Assembly (NCBI GenBank): GCA_964244895.1
Contig: CAXTKV010000148.1
Span: 1 to 11,642, forward strand
Direction: 5' to 3'
Length of the DNA: 11,642 nt
Source: an uncultured Deinococcales bacterium
Lineage (GTDB): Bacteria > Deinococcota > Deinococci > Deinococcales > JAAFIG01
Shown: piece by piece, positions 9,349 through 11,642 of the stretch
Position numbering within the stretch: position 1 is the first letter of the stretch
Layout: each line of letters starts with the position of its first letter
Notes under the pieces: generated by a model
Database searches by the model: none
Seen by the model: only the letters and a program-made list of their open reading frames with translations
What the model was told of the DNA's origin: nothing
Translations under genes and position numbers: made by a program

Positions 9349-9408
9349 CAGGATTCCAGGAACTCCGTCCAGCACGCGTATTCCAAATGCGTGCTGGACG
9401 GTGCTCTC
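9349..9408 (+). repeat. Palindromic intergenic element, copy 5 (with flanks)
   Basis: CAGGATTCCAG-gaa-CTCCGTCCAGCACG (9363-9376), 13 nt, CGTGCTGGACGGTG (9390-9403), CTCTC. Fills nearly the whole gap between two convergent stop codons. Confidence 0.92.
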
Positions 9409-9413
9409 AAGAC

Positions 9414-9899
9414 TCAAGTTTTAGAAATACCGTCTGGGAGGTTCGTGATCGGATCAATTCGTCCCGTATGGCCCTCGCCGATGTAGGACGATATAACCTC
9501 GATTCGACCGATGATGTGCGCGTTGAACGCCTCGAGTTCATCAGCAGGAACCCACAATTCTTGATGCACGCGTTCGCTCCCAGCAATCTGGATCGGATAG
9601 CGGGTCACGAATGCAGCGTCCACCTCGAAGCGAGTCACGAAACCAGCGCGGTTGCCGTGCTTCGCGTTCCAGTCGCGTGCGATTTCCTCGGCGTACTCGA
9701 AGTTCATCACGGGATAAAAAATCGGCTGATCCGGTAAGCGAGGAGGGAACGTTTGCCAGCCTGAATCTGCGATCAGACGCAACTCGAGCGGCCCGACCGG
9801 GCGGAATAGCGTGACGCGTTCGCCAACCGCGGGCCACGGAATAGTGCGTTCCGGGTTGGATGGGAACAACATCTCGAGCCAGCGTTTATCGCGCGACAT
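9414..9899 (-). CDS. Conserved small protein of the TLxRPVG...FPPRLPxQPIFYPV family (often labelled 'ADP-ribosylation/crystallin J1'); possible ART-like fold
   Basis: Family recognised from TLFRPVGPLEL, FPPRLPDQPIFYPV, IARDWN, GFVTRFEV and ELWVPADELEAFN. Start placed at ATG 9899 because TATCGT lies 6 nt upstream; ATG 9872 is an alternative. Function is inference. Confidence 0.8.
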   Translation of the reverse strand: MSRDKRWLEMLFPSNPERTIPWPAVGERVTLFRPVGPLELRLIADSGWQTFPPRLPDQPIFYPVMNFEYAEEIARDWNAKHGNRAGFVTRFEVDAAFVTRYPIQIAGSERVHQELWVPADELEAFNAHIIGRIEVISSYIGEGHTGRIDPITNLPDGISKT

Positions 9900-9905
9900 G
9901 CAATT

Positions 9906-9911
9906 ACGATA
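9906..9911 (-). promoter_or_regulatory. -10-like hexamer for a putative leaderless transcript
   Basis: Minus strand TATCGT-aattgc-ATG fits TANNNT-N6-ATG. No Shine-Dalgarno visible. Confidence 0.5.
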
Positions 9912-9936
9912 CGTGCTACCGACTAACAATATCGCT

Positions 9937-9997
9937 CAGGATTCCAGCAGCACCGTCCAGCACGTATATTTTAACTCGTGTGCTGGACGGTGCTCTC
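9937..9997 (+). repeat. Palindromic intergenic element, copy 6 (with flanks)
   Basis: CAGGATTCCAG-cag-CACCGTCCAGCACG (9951-9964), 14 nt, TGTGCTGGACGGTG (9979-9992), CTCTC. Direct repeat of copy 5. Confidence 0.92.
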
Positions 9998-10184
9998 GAG
10001 CATTCCGCTCTCGAGGGACGACCCGTGATCTGGTCGTCTTTCTCGAGCATCCTGATTGGCGCGAACATTCAAACCCGTGCAGGACGCTCTGGACGAAACC
10101 CGAGCAAATCGGTAATGATAACGTCAGAGTCGCGGCGCTATACCTTCGGGCAGCAGGGTCGCGGACAAACCCTGGGGAGGGTAT

Positions 10185-11072
10185 GTGATCTCGAGACGTA
10201 CAGGCTATTTGGCCGCGTTCTTCGCGTTGTGTGCCGTGCTTGCGCCCGTCGCGTTGGGAATCGAACGCCTGCACCGGGAACGCGCGCTGCGCGCGGTCGT
10301 GGAACTCGTGCCGTTGGCGGCGTTGCCGGAGGGCGCGTTCGCCATGAACGGTTACACCGTGGACGGTTTGCGTTTCGTGCGCGGCAACGGGTCGGGTTCC
10401 GGCACGGTCATCTCGAGGACGGGGTTGATCGTGACGAACGCCCACGTCGTCGCGGGCGCAACGGCGGGCATCGCGCCGCTGGTCGAGGTGCGAACCACGA
10501 TGAGCCCCGATCAGGCGCCCAGGGCAGCGTATTTGGCGCGGGTCACGCATCTTGATCTGAAGCACGATCTGGCAGCCTTGATGATCGTGATGGACGCGGT
10601 GGGTCGGCCCGTCGCGCCGGACAGCCTGAACGCTTTGGAACTAGGCGATTCGGATGAACTGACCCTGGGTGATGACCTGGCCGTGCTGGGCTACCCGCAA
10701 GTGGGCGGCGAGACGATCACCTACACGGCGGGTCGGGTCTCCGGTTTCGTTGGCGAGAACTTGCGCGGCGCAGGGCGAGCCTTCATCAAGACGGATGCGA
10801 AATTCTCGAGCGGATCTTCGGGCGGCACCGCGATCGACGAATTCGGTCGGCTGGTCGGCATTCCGACCGCCATCGCGTTCGATAAAACGGGCGGCGTGCC
10901 GCAAGAATCTCAGAATTACTTGCGGCCCGTGGCGCTGGCGATCGAGATGCTGAAAACCCCGTTGCCCGGTTCCGGCAGGGTTTTACTGTGTCTCGAGACC
11001 AACCCTGGTTCTCGTTTGCGCGCCCACGCGTGGTTGTTCGAGGGTTGCGCGAGCGGCTTGCACCCCAACTGA
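10185..11072 (+). CDS. Trypsin-like (S1C/Trypsin_2) serine protease with N-terminal signal/anchor, no PDZ domain
   Basis: GSGSGTVI...IVTNAHVV (His), HDLAAL (Asp), TDAKFSSGSSGG (Ser), plus LGYP and GRLVGI. Hydrophobic N terminus. GGAGG at 10176-10180 before GTG. Confidence 0.9.
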   Translation: MISRRTGYLAAFFALCAVLAPVALGIERLHRERALRAVVELVPLAALPEGAFAMNGYTVDGLRFVRGNGSGSGTVISRTGLIVTNAHVVAGATAGIAPLVEVRTTMSPDQAPRAAYLARVTHLDLKHDLAALMIVMDAVGRPVAPDSLNALELGDSDELTLGDDLAVLGYPQVGGETITYTAGRVSGFVGENLRGAGRAFIKTDAKFSSGSSGGTAIDEFGRLVGIPTAIAFDKTGGVPQESQNYLRPVALAIEMLKTPLPGSGRVLLCLETNPGSRLRAHAWLFEGCASGLHPN

Positions 11073-11098
11073 ACGACCCCGCGTTGGCGGGGTCGTTC
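11071..11098. terminator. Hairpin between convergent genes, likely terminator
   Basis: Perfect 12-bp stem GAACGACCCCGC / GCGGGGTCGTTC, loop GTTG, between the protease stop and the stop of the 11118 gene. No good U-tract on either strand. Confidence 0.6.
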
Positions 11099-11117
11099 CA
11101 GGAAAACGCGTCGGTGT

Positions 11118-11642
11118 TCAGTTTCCGGCGAGCTTGCCCAGATCCACGGTCACGGTGTACGCGCCGTCTTTGGCGTTGATCGTGACGGTCACGGTCGCAT
11201 CGCCGCGCTTGTAGACGCTGCTCATCTGATCGGCGCTCGAGGCGTTGGCGGCGTTCGCGTCGTCGCGCGCGAAGCCCTGGGCTTTCAACTGATCGTCGTA
11301 GAACTTCGAGACATCCTGAATGCTGCTCTTGGACGCGTAGGACAGCGTCACGACGTTGCCCTGAAGGCTGGATTTGGCTTCCGTGGCGTCCGCGACCGGA
11401 ACCAGGATGAAATTCGAGCTCGACGATTGCGGCGCGGTCGCTCCGGTCGGCAGGACGGTCAATTGCACGTTGCCGAGGGTCGCGTTGACCGCTTCGGTCA
11501 ATGGTTTTTCCTGCGCGCTCGCGTCAGCCGGGGCAGTCGCGGCTGGTATTGTTGCGCTGGGCGTGGCGGTGGCTGGGGTGGTGCTGGTGTCGCTCGGAGC
11601 AGCGGTGCTCGGCGCGGTTGTGCTGGGTGCCGCCGTGCTGGG
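11118..11642 (-). CDS. Hypothetical, probably exported protein with Pro/Ser/Thr/Ala-rich linker (5' end outside the window)
   Basis: The frame of ORF 11118..11501 stays open to base 11642: PSTAAPSTTAPSTAAPSDTSTTPATATPSATIPAATAPADASAQEKPLTEAVN... C-terminal alpha/beta domain with FYDDQLKAQGF and YKRGDATVTV. Confidence 0.8.
   Translation of the reverse strand, partial: PSTAAPSTTAPSTAAPSDTSTTPATATPSATIPAATAPADASAQEKPLTEAVNATLGNVQLTVLPTGATAPQSSSSNFILVPVADATEAKSSLQGNVVTLSYASKSSIQDVSKFYDDQLKAQGFARDDANAANASSADQMSSVYKRGDATVTVTINAKDGAYTVTVDLGKLAGN
11583..11642 (-). repeat. Coding 15-bp tandem repeat (PSTAA-like pentapeptide x4, continues off the edge)
   Basis: ccc agc acg gcg gca / ccc agc aca acc gcg / ccg agc acc gct gct / ccg agc gac acc agc. 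Confidence 0.65.

Noticed and set aside
9349..9997. Repeats as integron attC sites
   Set aside because: No RYYYAAC...GTTRRRY ends, no characteristic extrahelical bases, no integrase in the window, and most bracketed genes are housekeeping-type.
10074..10095. Possible seventh repeat copy (CCCGTGCAGGACG...CTGGACG)
   Set aside because: Only a partial arm match without the spacer or a full second arm; could be chance or a heavily decayed remnant.
9860..10565. ORFs 9860..10555 (+) and 9936..10565 (-)
   Set aside because: They cross repeat copy 6 and overlap the protease gene out of frame or antisense, with no recognisable motifs.

Overview
High-GC bacterial DNA, probably Deinococcota. That is an inference from the Thermus-type C-H-H CsoR and a leaderless-type TANNNT-N6-ATG start. 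Gene order: (-) pstC (cut by the left edge) and pstS, each preceded by 11-bp-periodic Pho-box-like repeats; a divergent copper module, (-) copA and (+) copZ-DUF305/CopM-csoR, with two sigma70-like promoters each carrying a C-tract/G-tract CsoR-type operator; a (+) polar amino acid ABC transporter (binding protein, extended permease, ATPase); a (-) conserved small protein with a possible ADP-ribosyltransferase-like fold; a (+) PDZ-less trypsin-like serine protease; and a (-) Pro/Ser/Thr/Ala-rich protein cut by the right edge. The genes are mostly ordinary. The unusual signals are non-coding. (1) Six intergenic copies of a palindromic element, CACCGTCCAGCACG-N13/14-CGTGCTGGACGGTG, show compensatory changes, sit at module boundaries, and two near-identical direct copies bracket the ART-like gene like a cassette. 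(2) CTCGAG occurs about 41 times by hand count against about 4 expected, resembling a cyanobacterial HIP1-type iterated palindrome.
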